A stretch of 64,000 nt of DNA from the human T2T-CHM13v2.0 reference genome, Homo sapiens, in NCBI RefSeq assembly GCF_009914755.1, contig NC_060929.1; one strand, 5' to 3'. Shown here in pieces: positions 40,777 through 54,720 of the stretch. Under the pieces are notes generated by a model. It was not told the origin of the DNA and did not search any database. It saw only the letters and a list, made by a program, of their open reading frames with translations. How positions within the stretch are numbered: the first letter of the stretch is position 1; each line of letters opens with the position of its first letter. The position numbers and the translations under genes were made by a program.

Positions 40777-40978
40777 TAGTGTTTTTCAAAATGTGGTCTG
40801 TGAACCACTTTTCTCACAAATGTCTGGAAAGCATCTGAAAGCACAAATTTCTAAGCCACACCCTAGTCCTAGAATTCTATGGAAAGGATCCATTACTACT
40901 ATGTTGCAAAAACAAGAACACACAAAAACCGCTTCCCAGATAGTGAATCTTTTACCCTCTAAGGTTTGAGAACTATGG
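40777..40978. mobile_element. MER5-type hAT-Charlie MITE
   Basis: Ends tagtgtttttcaaaatgtggtctgtgaacca / taaggtttgagaactatg. Confidence 0.6.
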
Positions 40979-41339
40979 GACTGTAAAAATGAGGGTACCT
41001 GTTCAGGCCAAGGAAACTAGGCTTCTCACATCACACGATGTAAAGCAGGTTGTAGACAGCAGCAAAGAGGGAGATCATTTCTACTTTGGTGAAAGCAAAA
41101 AGAGAGCATTACATGGAGAGTTATCAAAACTATAGCTTAAAGACATCTAATTCCACCTTTTCCTTTTCTTCCTTCAATAACATGGAGGGGGGCTTTTTCA
41201 AAAGAGCAGAAAGCCTCAGACTTTATGCTATAGGAAATACATGGTCATTTCTTGTACATAAAAACTAGTAAACAGTAAGAAAAGCAGAATTGAATACGTA
41301 GAGAAATGAACAAGTTCTGGACATGGATTTATAAAACAA

Positions 41340-42011
41340 TAATTTATTAGTAATCATTTTCAGTTTGAGCAGTGTAGGGTCATCCAAGTAGAGTTTTCCT
41401 GTGGGCAGCTAAATATCCTGGTCTCAAGCTCAAGGAGCAGTCTAGAGTCAACAGCATGGAAGTGACACTAGAAGCCTTGAATATAGAGGATATAGAATGG
41501 CAGAAGAATGAGCACAGAACCTTTGGAAACATCAGAAAGAAAATTTGCAAAGCCAAATAATGGATAATGAAGATTACTTAGGAAGAAGAAGAAGAGCTGA
41601 GAAAGTGACATGATGAAAACCAAAGAAAAAATGTCAATAAAAAGGAATGGTCAACAGTGTAAAATACACAGGAGAGAACATGTAATATAAATCCAAAAAG
41701 TACCTGCCGCATTTGACAACTGGGTCACTGGTAATCTCTGTAAGAGATGCTTTCATGTAGTACTATAGTATGAAGCCACATTGCAGAGAATTGAGGAGCA
41801 GCAGAGAGACGAAAAAGTCAAGACAGCTGATGGGAAAAATACTTTGAAGATGTCTGGCTGAAAAGGAAGAAGGTGTCATGTTAGGAGAGGGATTTTTAAG
41901 AAGAAATAGAAAGGCACTTATATACCAAGAGAAACAATTAGTGAAGAGGAAAAAAAAGATATAGAATGAAATGAGAATCATTTGTGGACAAGCTCTTAGA
42001 GAAAAAAGAAG
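41340..42011 (-). mobile_element. L2 (continues after 44174)
   Basis: catccaagtagag..tcctgtgggcagctaaatat..tggtct; aggaatggtcaacagtgt.aaat; aagccacattgcagagaattgagga. Confidence 0.7.
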
Positions 42012-42245
42012 TGTATTAGCCAGCTTGGGCTACTAACAAAAATCCATAGATGGTGTGGTTTAAACAATAGATGTTTATTTCTCACAGTTCTAGAGGCTGG
42101 AAAGTCCAAGACCAAGTTGAGGGCAGATTCAGTTCCTGGTGAGGGCTCTCTTTCTGGCTTTCAAATGACTGCCTTCTTGCTGTATCCTCACATGAGGAAG
42201 AAAAAGAGGGCTTTGGCCTCCTCCTGTTCTTAAAAGGACACTAAT

Positions 42246-43998
42246 CGCTACTACCCAAAGTGATCTACAGATTCAATGTAATTCTTATCAAAATACCAAT
42301 GACATTCTTCACAGAAATAGAAAAAAAATTCTAAAATTCATATGGAACCACAAAAAAACCCAAATAGCCAAAGTTATCCTGAGCAAAAGGAACAAAGCTA
42401 AAGTCATCACACTACCTGACTTCAAAATACACTACGAATTAGAGTAACCAAAACAGCACGGTGTTGACATAAAGACACATAGACAAATGGAACAGAATAG
42501 AAAACCCAGAAATAAATCCACACATTTACAGCCAACTGATTTTCAACACAGGCACCAAAAACATACGTTGGAGAAAGAACAGTGTCCTCAATAAATAGTG
42601 CTGGGAAAACTAAATGTTCATATGCAGAAGAATGAAACTAGATCCCGTATTTTCACATATACAAAGGTTAACTCAAAGTGGATTAAATACTCAAATGTAA
42701 GACCCAAAACTATGAAACTACTAGAACAGAGGAAATTCTTCAGAACATTGTTCTGGGCAAAAATTTTTTTGATAAGACCTCAAATGCATGGGCAACAAAA
42801 GCAAAAATAAACAGGATTATATGAAGCCAAATATCTCCTGCACAGCAAAGGAAACAATCAACAGATTGAAAAAGACAGCCTACAGAATGGGAGAAAATAT
42901 TTGTAGACTATCCACTCAACAAGGGATTAAAATCCAGAATATGCAAGAAACTCAAACAACTCAACAGCAAACACACACACACACACACACACACAAACAT
43001 ACACAAATAATTTGATTTAAAAATAGGCAAAAGACCTGAATAGACATTTCTCAAGAGAAGACATACAAATGGCCACAGGTATATGAAAAAATTTTCAACA
43101 TCGCTAATAATCAGGGAAATGCACATCAAAATCATAATAAGATATCATCTCACCCCAGTTAAAATAGTTATTATCAGAAAGACATAAAATAACAAATTCT
43201 GGTAAGAATGCAGAGAGAGGAAATTCTTACACTTCATTGGTGGGAATGCAAATTAGTAAAGCCATTATGGAAAATTATGGAGGTTTCTAAAAGTACATCT
43301 ATCATATTAACCAGCCATTCTGCTACTGGGTGTATATCCAAAGGAAAGGAGGTCTGTATGTAGAAGACATATTTGCACTCCCATATTTATATTGCAGCAC
43401 TATTCACAATAATAAAGATATGAAATTAACATAAGTGTCCATCAACAAATGAATGGATAAAGAAAATATGGAACATATACACAATGGAATTCTATTCAGC
43501 CATTAAAAAGAAAGAAATCCTGTCGTTTGCAACAACATGGATGGAAATGTACATCATCATGTTAAGTGAAATAAGCCAGCCACAAAAAGACAAATACTAC
43601 ATATGCTCAATCACATGTGGGAGCTAAAAGAGTTGATCTCATAGAATTAGAGAGTAGAATAGTGGCTACCAGAGGCTGTGAAGGGTGGGGGGAAGGAGAA
43701 TATGGAAATGTTTGTTAACAGGTACAAAATTACAATTAGATTGGAGAAATAAATTCTAATGTTCTCTAACACGATGGCGTGACTATAGTTCACAATAATT
43801 TATTATATGTTTCAAAATAGCAGAAGAGAAGATTTCAAATGTTTCCAACACCAAAAAATGATAAATACTTGAAGTGATGCATATCCCAATTACTCTAATT
43901 TGATCATTACACATTGTATGCATGTATCAAATTATCTCATGTACCCCATAAATGGGCACAATTATGTATCAATTAAATTTTTTAATAAAAAATTTTTT
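42246..43998 (+). mobile_element. L1MA4-like LINE-1, 5'-truncated (~1.75 kb), with TSD
   Basis: ORF2 3' part (ctacccaaagtgatctacagattcaatg...) and L1MA 3'UTR (ttgatctcatagaa..agagagtagaatagtggctaccagaggctg); TSD aaaagg(a/g)cactaat at 42232-42245 and 43999-44012. Confidence 0.92.
42971..42994. repeat. (AC)n inside the L1
   Basis: Seen directly. Confidence 0.9.
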
Positions 43999-44173
43999 AA
44001 AAGGGCACTAATTTTGTCATGGAGGCCCCACCCTCATCATCTCTTCTAAACCTAATCACCTCCCTAAGGTCCTATCTCCAGACACATTGGAGATGCATGC
44101 TGAAGCCCTAAACATTAGGGTTTAGGGCTTCAACATATGAATTTTGGAGGAGCACAAACATTAGTCTATAACA

Positions 44174-45130
44174 AGGAGGATGTGTGATATAAAGCATGAG
44201 AGAATTGCCTTTAAACAGGAAAGGCAAATTTTGCTTGGATACTAGATTCAAGGCTATAGGAAAGTCAGGAGCACATAACTTTGCAGGTTAAGAAGGAAGG
44301 AGAGAAATGTGCAAGGTCACAATTAATAATGTCAATGTCCCCTATGAAATAGAAAAAAAAAGGTGTCTATTTAGACGTAAAGTGGTGGGATTAGAATAGA
44401 ACTGCTTGAGAGATTAGAGGACTGAGAACAGCTATGATAGGACATGGAAACAAAAACTTACCTAAGCAAGAGATAGGACTGATGAGCTGAGTTGAGATCC
44501 AGTTAAAGTCCGAGGTCACAAACTATTAGTGGGACCAAATGACAAGGTTATTCAATTTTCTCCAGCAGTACTTAGTATCCTGGTAATAGAAGTAGAGAAG
44601 GTCCTGACAGCAGGCACCTTAAGTAGGATAGAGGTGAAGGTCATAGAAGACAAAGAGGCTAAATAATTCTAAGAGGAAATATTAAATAGAAATCAAAATC
44701 AATCAAGACTTGGAGCAAAAAATAACCCATAAGCCAAGATGCATGGTCCTCATAAATGTTGGATGCAAAGTTTTCATAAAACCAACATTTATGATAAGGA
44801 GGGGGGAAAGTGAAATAGCTAGATTTCATAAAATCCAAAGGAAAAGAAATGTTTGCATGGGGATCTAAGAGAAATGGTTTAGTACAACACGTAGAAATAC
44901 AAACCCCTTCCTTGGCCCAGTGATGTGCAGTAAATGGCCTTCCTGGCCTCAAAAGGGCCACTAGGAAGCAGGTTCCAAGGAGGAATAAATTTCAGTTAAA
45001 GCCAGGAGTGAAGAGAATATTCTGTAAGAAACCTAGAATATAGGAAAGTTAATTTAAAATACAATGAGGCTCAGCCAGCGCAGCAGACGGATAGGGAGGG
45101 AAGAAACAAGATGGGTCAGTAAGGAGGGAG
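44174..45130 (-). mobile_element. Degenerate L2 continuation
   Basis: Purine-rich, L2-like motifs; collinear with 41340-42011. Confidence 0.4.
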
Positions 45131-46019
45131 TCCATGACAATGGGCAAGTGGATGGAAGTTCAAAAGGATGTTCTTGTTCTCAGCCCCCACTCCATTTGAT
45201 TCTGGCCAACTTTTAAGCCTATGGTTTGCCCCTCCCTATCTGGCTTTAGCCCTACCATTGCCCCTTCATCATGACTGACCTTAGCTTCCTAGCTTAGATG
45301 GGAAGGCTTTTTTTCCTGCATATTCCTGGCTACCCAACCCAGCCTCTACCCACCAGTGTGCCCTGTTTCCAACAATCTCAGGATCTGAGTCCTGTTCTTA
45401 GTCCACCATCCTTCCCTGACTTTTTTTTTTAATTACAATCTAAGCTCCAAATTTTATCTCTGTCCTCCTCCCTGAAATATAATCCTGATCTCTGACCAAA
45501 TTTCCCTGGAACACACCACATTCAACTCAACAGAGGCCTGCCTCAGAATGGCTTCCTACAAATGTATCCTTAGGACTGTTGGCACAACCCCACACACATT
45601 CAAAGGACCATAAATGCCCTTTCCTGTATCCCGTTGAGCTGTAGCTCATTGCCTTACATCCAGCCCCCTACGAGGATTTTTTTTTCTCTCCTTTATTCAG
45701 TCTTCTAGCACCCATGGGACAAAGATGTGAACCCCGTGCTAACTATGACATTGAAGGAACCAGAGTAAGTCACTCTGATATAATCAATCAGGTATTGGAG
45801 ACAAAATGAAACTCAAGGGATGTGGCCAGGACATTGAATTGTGTGATTGTCAGGAAGGTAATAAGTGGGTATAGTCAAATATGTGCCACAGGCTTTAGCA
45901 AGGCAGATTCCAAATCCTGAGATACCAACATGATCACATTGTCTGAGACTCTTGATAGACAACAAGGAGCAAGAGGATTAGGAAACTTCTAAGAAACTAA
46001 ATTCCAACAAGACAATTAC

Positions 46020-46965
<946 letters not shown>

Positions 46966-47039
46966 AATAAAGAAAGAATAAGAAAGACAAGTTTACATCC
47001 TGACGGGAAAAAAGTGGGGGTAGGGGAGAGAAAAGATAC

Positions 47040-47330
47040 TTCCGAGGACAATATGGATGTGAAGGGAACTTACTAATATACTCAGGCCTTTAAAAATAAT
47101 TCAAAAGATGAAGAAAAGAGAACACACCCAGAGATGATTATAAAAGGCTGAAACACAGGGTCAGGAGGTGGAAGCCCAAAGTAAGCTCAGGCTTGCAGTG
47201 AATGGAATGACAACAAAAAGGACCATTTTACTTATGTTTAGTGTAAGAAGAACAAAAATGGTCTAAGTGCTGTTGGGACAAATGGAGTGAAACTAATGAC
47301 AACTTGTATTTCCCACCCCATTTGCAAACC
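47040..47330 (+). mobile_element. CR1/L3 ORF2 relic (endonuclease-RT linker)
   Basis: Translates as KLRLA.../NDNKKDHFTYV*CKKN, similar to CR1 ELRLARDVKDNKKGFFKYVRSKRK. Confidence 0.55.
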
Positions 47331-47404
47331 AGAAAATAACAATGAACACAAAATAGTATTCCTTTGGCTTCAACTCTACCCATTCTGCAGAATTTCTAAC
47401 ATAT

Positions 47405-47405
<1 letters not shown>

Positions 47406-47444
<39 letters not shown>
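47406..47444. repeat. (CA)19 microsatellite
   Basis: Seen directly. Confidence 0.97.
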
Positions 47445-47448
<4 letters not shown>

Positions 47449-48949
47449 CACAAAGTTCCTTTCATATGGCTTTAGGAATGAATCCCTAAGGGTAAATAAA
47501 GATAATACCAAATCATTCAGGTTTCCTTGCTGTACTTACCATTTTTTTCTTTCTTATTCTAACTCCATGTTTGGAATTCTCAAGTTATGGTCAACACCCA
47601 AGGCGGGAGCTACTGCTGTTGCTGAAAGAGCAACCACCACTGTTAACCTCTCTCCTGACACCACTAATGCCTACTCACAGTTTGCATTCTCAAAGTCCCA
47701 CAAAATCTACTGAGAAATAGTCCTTTCGGCATTTACCTGCTTTTGTGATGGCCTCCTCACCCCTGGACACTGCTGTGATTTCCCGGGGTCTAGATCAGAG
47801 GACAGTTGCAGTGACACATGTTAGGCTGTGCTCTGAATCACCATTCCTTCTGATAACTGTTTGTTCTCCTTGGACCAACTTCTTGGCCTCCACTCTCATT
47901 TCCTTCTGTTCTTTCTGGTAATTCTATCCCTGAAAAGTCCTTAGACCTTCAAGTTAACAGCCCTGTCAGGCTGGCCCCACGTTACTCTGGGCAAACAGGC
48001 TCACCTCTGACTTCTAGGACAACTGCTCTTTGGGCTACAGCTGGAATTCTTGCTATGCTAATGGAGGACAGTCAGAAACCATGACACTTCTGCTCTGATT
48101 TGGCTTCTAGCTTCTTTGTCAAAAAAAAAAAGAGCTTCTGGAATTGGTGGGATAAATCTCACTCAGAGGGAATTAAAACCCAAGGTAAGTGAAGAGATCA
48201 TGAGATATTACCTAGCTGTTCAGAATCAGTTATGGACCCTGGCTCCGATGCATCACAAACTTCTTTTGTGAAAATCTGCAGATAAAATGACCATGATCAG
48301 TAACCAGCGAGGAACCTCAGAGAACCACAGGAGAGGTGCTAGGGATAGCCAGTCCCACTTCTAACCAGGGAAAAGAAAAATAACCTACAAATGAGAAATG
48401 GTGACTTTGTTCACCACACAGGCAATAGTCTAGATTTTTTTTTAATGTAGTAGCTATTCATCTCAGTCCACTGACTAAAGAGCACAAGAAATATAACTTT
48501 CTTGATTTTCTGTAACAACTAATTTCTCAGTCTGCACCCTTATTTCCAGGCTAATGGAAAACCTTAACCTCAGTCCCTCTGGAGACTGCTCCATGATTCC
48601 TGAGTCTTCTACAGAGCCAAGATGTGAGCGACAGGGGACGCAGATCCTCTAGTTTCCTCTGAGACATCTCTTGTCCCTGTTCTTGTGGTTTCTTTGGATC
48701 CAAAAATGCTTATCTCTCAAAAGAAAAAAAAAAAGCACTGATCACTGAAAATTACTCCTGCTGCACCAGCTTTATTGCATGTTTTCTAATAGGATTATAG
48801 TCATGGTATCTCCAGGGTACCAAGATTTCAATAGAATAATTAGAAAGGTTATTTTGATGTTCCTGAACAAAATCGATAAATGCTGTCTGGATGCTGGTAC
48901 AGTCAATATATTTATAACCTAGTGGACCATGATAAAAGATAAGACACAA

Positions 48950-49100
48950 CCTAGTACAGTGGCTAAGAGCACAGATTCTACAGCCTGACCGTCTAGGTTC
49001 AAATACCACCTATTTCACTGCTAGACAGGCCCAAGGAAAAGTCCTTAAACTTTCTGCACCTCAGTTTTCTTATATATAAAAATGGGGATAATGATTTCAA
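48950..49100 (+). mobile_element. MIR (tail resumes at about 49540-49595)
   Basis: cagtggctaagagcacagattct...aggttcaaatacc...cctcagtttt...aaaatggggataat. Confidence 0.8.
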
Positions 49101-49104
49101 CATA

Positions 49105-49536
49105 GTGACAGGGATTATTAGTGTTCACTAAATATTTAGTGCTCTATTTATCAGCTCTGGTGCATCTAGACGAGGTCATGTGACTAATACAGGCCAATGG
49201 AATGTGGGTAGAAGTGATGGGAGCCAGTTCCCATCTTGGTCCTTAAAAACATCCACCAGGTTCTTCCTCCATCTCTCTCTCTCTCTCTCTCTCCCTCTCA
49301 CACATACACACTTTGCAATGGCAGCCTTGCCAGCCACATGTACCACATAACCTAGTTACAAGATGGAAGCAGCCTAGATTCCCACATCACCACTTGGAGG
49401 GAAGAGCCACCCTGGAAAGCCATCTGACCCATACTGAAATATGACGTGAATGAGAAATAAACTTTTATTGTGTGAAACCATTGAGATTCTGAGGTTTATC
49501 TACTGAGGTTGGTAGAGCTAATTATTCTGCCCAATA
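49105..49536 (+). mobile_element. MLT1I/J-type MaLR LTR
   Basis: ggtcatgtgacta...ggccaatggaatgtgggtagaagtgatg; atgagaaataaacttttattgtgtgaaaccattgagatt. Confidence 0.75.
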
Positions 49537-49674
49537 GGGTAGTACAGAACTCGCATCAATGCCTGCCACATGAAGTACATTCAATAAATGCAAGTAATAT
49601 TTGGCATCATCTTCATCACCATTACTGAAAAGAACATTCAGGTTTCAGAATATTTGGGATTAAATGCTAATTTG

Positions 49675-50309
49675 TGTTGATGAAAAGAGTCAAACTCTGT
49701 AAAATATTTGAAAAGATTCATTCTGGGCCAAATGTGAGTAACCATGGCCCATAAACACAGCCCCCAGGAGGTCCTGAGAACATGTGCCCAATGTGATCAG
49801 GGTGCAGCTTGGATTTATATACATTTTAGGGGGACATGAGACTCAAATACATTTAAAATGTACATTGGTTTGTCCAGCAAAGTGGGACAACTCAAAGCTG
49901 GTGGAGGGTGTGGGCGCACAGCAGGAGTTCTTTCAAGTTGTATTTCAGGTTACAGGTATATTTAAATTTTTTCTGGTTGGCTATTGGTTGAGTTTATCTA
50001 AAAACCTGAGATCAATAGAAAGGAAATGTCTGGGTTGCAATAAGAGGTTGTGGAGACCAAAGTCTTATCATGCAGCTGAAGCCTCCAGGTAGCAGGCTTC
50101 ACAGAAAATAGATTATAAAGATTTCTAATCAAACTTAAGGTCTGTGTTGATGTTAATGCCAGAGAGGTGTGATGTGACATGTTCAACCCCCACTTCCCAT
50201 CATGGCCTGAACCAATCTCTCAGGTTAAATTTTAAGAGCTCCCTGGCCAAGGAGGAGGAAGTTCATTCAGATGGCTGGGGGGACTTTAGAATTTTATTTG
50301 TGGTTTATA
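49675..50309 (-). mobile_element. MER4A-type ERV1 solo LTR
   Basis: tgttgatgaaaagagtcaaactctgtaaaatatttg...ggtcctgagaacatgtgccc...ttagaattttatttgtggtttata; TSD tttg/cttg. Confidence 0.88.
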
Positions 50310-50499
50310 CTTGCTAGTGATAAGATGACACTTCATGTCTCAGGATTTAATTTGGTAAATAGAGAAAGCAACCCTTTTCTCTCAAGGTTGTGGCAATTGA
50401 CACAGAGAGATGTGAAGACACTTTGGAAACTGTTACACAAATGATACATACTTTTACCAAATGACTTAGTGTTTCTAATTATTCACTGCCACTCATTCC

Positions 50500-51630
50500 A
50501 TATGAGTTCTGCAGCGTTCCTGCACGAGTATGCATCCTCCTCCCATTGATGCTGGGATTGGTCACATGACTTGCTTTGGCCAACAGGAGGTGAGGGGACA
50601 TGTATATTTGAGCAGAAGCTTTATGAACCATTGTGTGTATATGAATTAGTGAAACAGGAGAGTTCCCTGACCCCTTCACAGGATGTGCAACAGGGGTGTG
50701 GCTCATATATTCAGCTGCTGCACACTCAAACCCCTTATGGGAAGGGGAGCACACAGACGGGCAGATGCAGGAGCCAGGGTGAGCACTTTTGGGCTCCAGC
50801 CCTACGGTAGCATCTATGGGTGGGTGCCTGCAACTCCCGAAGCCCCAGTGGGAATGTTACAGTGCTTCTTTAGCTCTCCTGATGGCTAAAGTGTTAATCA
50901 GTTTAGTGTCTTCTTCTACCCAGGTCCTTGTCCGGTGTCCAGAAAGAATCAGGTCACACACAGACTCAAAGGATGGTAAATGCAGGGGTTTTATTGAGTG
51001 GTAGAGGTGGCTCTCAGAGGGATGGATTGGGGATCTGGAAAGGGGATGGAGTGGGAACATAATCTTCTCCTGGAGTTTGGCTATCCCATGATCAGTCTCC
51101 TCTCTGACCATTTCTAGTTGAACTCCTCTCAACGTTCAGATGCTCCTTCTCTTCTCTCCTTCTCTGCTGTGCCATTCATTCCTTCTCGGCTGTGCTGCTC
51201 TTCTGCTCTTCTGTTCATCTGCTCATCTGCTTACAGGACCTGAGGTTTGGGGTTTAAATGGGTACAGGATAGGGGGGCGTGGTGGGCCAAATATTTGGAT
51301 GCAAAAACAGGAATGCCTGTTCCCATTTAGGGCCATGGGTTTCCAGGCTTGAGGGTGGGGCCTTTGCTGGGGAACCACCCTCTCCTACCCAGTATTTCCT
51401 TGCCTCCTGTCCATACCATTAGCAATATATCTTTTTCTCCCTTTAACATGAGGAAAGCATATCCCAGATTGGGACCTCTTCTTGCTGGCCCTGTAATGAA
51501 GACAAATGGAGCAGAGTGACAGCTGAACCACAGTCAGCACAAATTGTAAGAAATAAACTCTTGTTGTTGGAAGCCACTAAGACGTGGCAATTGTTTGTTA
51601 CTGCAGCATAATGTAACTTAACTTTAGCTA
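50500..51630 (+). mobile_element. MLT1 (I/J-like) LTR split by LTR1
   Basis: ggtcacatgacttgctttggccaa...gagcagaagcttta; resumes at 51423, gaaataaactcttgttgttggaagccactaaga...tttgttactgcagcataa. Confidence 0.7.
50650..51418 (-). mobile_element. LTR1-family ERV1 solo LTR (769 bp) with perfect 4-bp TSD (TTAG)
   Basis: Ends tgaaacaggagagttccctgacccc / cccagtatttccttgcctcctgtccatacca; TTAG at 50646-50649 and 51419-51422. Confidence 0.85.
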
Positions 51631-51689
51631 AGTTATATATTAACCAAAGGGAATTGACTAATAGAATAATGCTAATGTAGACATAGGCA

Positions 51690-52250
51690 CCTGGCAGTTT
51701 GCTGCAGTTTTCCTTCCTCAACATTTTTTTCTAAACAGCTTTTATTAAATATGAAGAGGAAATAGTGCTCAGGTGTACACATGACAAGCTCTTGAGGTTA
51801 ATAGCTAATAGTTTGCATAACAGAATCAAGAGCCAAAAAGAGAGAAACAAACTGGAACAATGGTTTCCCAAGATGCCATTTAACTGGGAGAAATATAACG
51901 TCTTCCACACAACTGCAGGATAAGGAAGACGGCAGTTATCATGAAAATAATGTAAACTTTTATTTTATAGTCAACAGAATATAAGGCAAGAAGTTGTTTC
52001 CAAAAAAAAAAATGGACTTAAGGCTATATTCACAGAAATGTGGTACCCCAAATAGTTAGTTTTAAGTATCTTCACAACTGTAGTCACTTTAATTTGTTGA
52101 ATTCCCTCTTGGTTGTAGAACCTAAAGTGAAAAGAATTGGATTTGGTTTAACTCCAAAAAAACAGTGACTAAATTGTATAAGGCATGTGTAAATCCTGTA
52201 GGAGAGGAAAGTAGGAAAACTTAAGAGAAGAGAGGAGAGGAAAAAGAGGA
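51690..52250 (+). mobile_element. CR1/L3 RT-domain relic
   Basis: Encodes NRIKSQKERNKLEQW, similar to CR1 DRIRIQKDLDRLEQW, preceded by a degenerate LNIF...DDTKL-like stretch. Confidence 0.5.
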
Positions 52251-53468
52251 GGCTACCACCTTAGGAGAGTTTAAATAAATGAATTTAAGCATTTGAAAGC
52301 CTATCTTTTAGAATAAGTATTGGAATTATTCTGCGTGACTTTGAAGTACAAAACAGACACGGCAGGGAAAAGAAAGGGATTTTTAACAAATAGATCCTCC
52401 TCGTCACCCCCAAATTGAAGGGGCTGCTTAGAATGTGTTGGAGAGGAGATCCATGTATGAGTAGGAATAACAATTAGTCTCAAGGATAGCAAAAGTCTCT
52501 TCTAAATGTGAAGAATCAAAACCAATTTGCAGAGGGCAAGACTGGATTAGGCCAGTGGAATACCTTGGGGAGGCTATTAATAAATCACAATTTGCAGTTC
52601 ATGTTGGAAAATGAATTTCACTTACCAAGGAGAAGTGCAAAATTGGTATTATTTAAGATAGTTCTACCCTCACAAAGCGGGGAGTCACCCTCACTCCCCC
52701 ACAGCCAGGACAGCCAATGTGCCTTTAGATTTAGAAATGGGCTGGTCTGTCACACGTGCACTTTCTTTCTCTTGTCAGCAAAGGAAGACACATCTTTGGC
52801 AAACCCTCTGTTTTAAACCTGGCATTTCCATTTTTTATTTGTCTAAAACAGAGGGAGGGAAAATAGCTATGAGAATACAACTAGTCCCAACTGGTAAAAA
52901 GAAAGGCAAGTGGCCAACAGAAATATTATAGCATAAGGCTGAAGCAGAGAAGAAATGAGAAGAAAAGATCAGCCCCTCTGAAAAGGTTCTCTCAAAATAA
53001 AAGGCCATGCCAAGGAAAGCCACAGGGGCAACACCACAAGCCCAAGGAGAGCTTTAATCAGGAAAACCTGGCCTCAGGCACGCGCATGCAGCTTCCTACC
53101 TGCCTTTCTGCGTGCCATTTTCTGAAACTTAGGAGACAGGAGGTTTGTTCATGGCCAGATGAAAAAGCAATGCACGCTTTCAATGGCAGCCCTGCTAGGA
53201 TTCATGTTTCTACAGGTTTTTTTCCTCTACCTCCCGTAAATCTCATGCTATACAATCTCCCAGGGCCATCTCACCTGATCTTACAGTTTCAGTCGTAAGA
53301 CTGTGGTAGTCTTTAAGCTACCCACCCCTAAATCTACACCTGCAGATTGAATCGACCAAAGGAATCAAAGACGTTTGTATCCTATTGTTTATTAAGTAAC
53401 TGTCCCTTGGATTTCCTACTGACACTTCACATTTACAAGGCCCCAAACTCCCACATTTATCCTCCTAC

Positions 53469-54050
53469 TGATGCAAGATTTTTCCTTGACCCCCTTGCAG
53501 AACAGGGGTGCCATGTTTACTCAGCCAATCATGCTCAGCCCCTCGCAGGAGGGAACACGCAAGTGAGTGACTGCAGGAACCTGCTGGCCACTTTGGTGCC
53601 AGCAGAAACAAACTCTGTGCAGGCCCCGTGGCAGTGTCCAGGTAGGGGTGCCTGTGACCCCAAGGCTCCAGAGGGCATGTTACAGTGTTCTCTTAGCTCA
53701 ACCAACCATGGACAGCAGTGTGCTATCAGCTCAGTGGCCCCTTTTCCTCGGCGAGGGGGGTGGCTACCTCCCGCCAGCAAGGGCAACAAGCCAGTGTGAT
53801 AGCCTTTTTGGATATCCACACTTGGTGGGTCCCAAATTCTTGTCTAATATCCAAGAAGAATGAGGTCATGCAGATAAATTGGAGGATGGTGAATGTGCAG
53901 AATTTTACTGAGTGATGAAAGCAGCTCTCAGCAGAGAGGGGAGCTCGAAATGGGACGGGAAGGGTAGGTTTCTCTCCCCTGAAGCCAAGTTGCCTCTCTG
54001 CCTCTTCCTCCAAAGTCAAGTTGCCTCTCTGATGTCCCCTATCTGCCTAG
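53469..54050 (-). mobile_element. LTR27/LTR28/MER52-group ERV1 LTR, partial
   Basis: tgatgcaagatttttccttgacccc...gggcatgttacagtg.tctcttagctc...ccaagaagaatgaggtca; shares motifs with the nearby LTR1. Confidence 0.75.
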
Positions 54051-54199
54051 AGTTTCTCCTCCTCCTGCCTCTATCACTACTCTATTTCTATCTCAGGGAA
54101 TAATAGACAGCAGGGTCAGGAGTGTGGAAGTCATATTCCTTATTTTCCTCTCTCCCTCATCATCTCCCCCATTTATATTCCACCTTCCCTCACCTCCCA

Positions 54200-54720
54200 C
54201 CTCCCCATTTTGATGCAACTCCTGTTAATTACAACTCCCAAGCATTTCTTCCATCCTGGTGAGCACTATCGTAGTTCACCACCATCATCTCTCACCTGAA
54301 TTACTGAGACAATCTCCTGGCTGGTTTTCATGATTCTGATCTTACCACCCTCTAATCTGTTTTTCACATAGCATCCAGAATAATCTTCCTAAAAGTGCAA
54401 ATTGATATTACTCTCCTATTTAAAACCCTTCAAAAATTCCCTTTGGCCATCAGGATAAAGTTCAAGATTGCTAATGTGGAATAGAAGACCCTTGTATTTC
54501 ATCCCGTGCATCTTCCCTGACCTCTCTCTAGCCTTTTAGCCCTCTTCCCACACACTCTCAAAACAGCTTCATCATGTCACTGAATTTATCATACTCTCTT
54601 TTAATCTTTGTACATTCTACTCCTTTTGTCTGGAAAGGTCTGTCTCTTCAGAGGTCACTTGCAACCAGTAAACTCTTACTCAAACTTCAGGTCCGTTGAA
54701 AAGTCTAGCAGACCTTGTTA
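54200..54720 (+). mobile_element. L2
   Basis: catcatctctcacctgaattactg...ccagaataatcttcctaaaa...tttaaaacccttcaa...caggataaagttcaa. Confidence 0.75.

Larger units (their letters stand above)
42012..44173 (-). mobile_element. MLT1A-type solo LTR split by L1MA4 (parts 42012-42245 and 44013-44173)
   Basis: tgtattagcc...tttatttctcacagttctagaggctgg...; cctaatcacctccc...caaacattagtctataaca; TSD agaag/aggag. Confidence 0.88.

Noticed and set aside
53347-53915. 150-aa ORF and overlapping ORFs
   Set aside because: They lie in a GC-rich ERV1 LTR, with no recognisable domain.
50650-54050. Possible provirus bounded by two LTR1-like LTRs
   Set aside because: The LTRs differ substantially, the first has its own TSD, and the intervening DNA is MLT1, L3 and unique sequence with no recognisable gag/pol.
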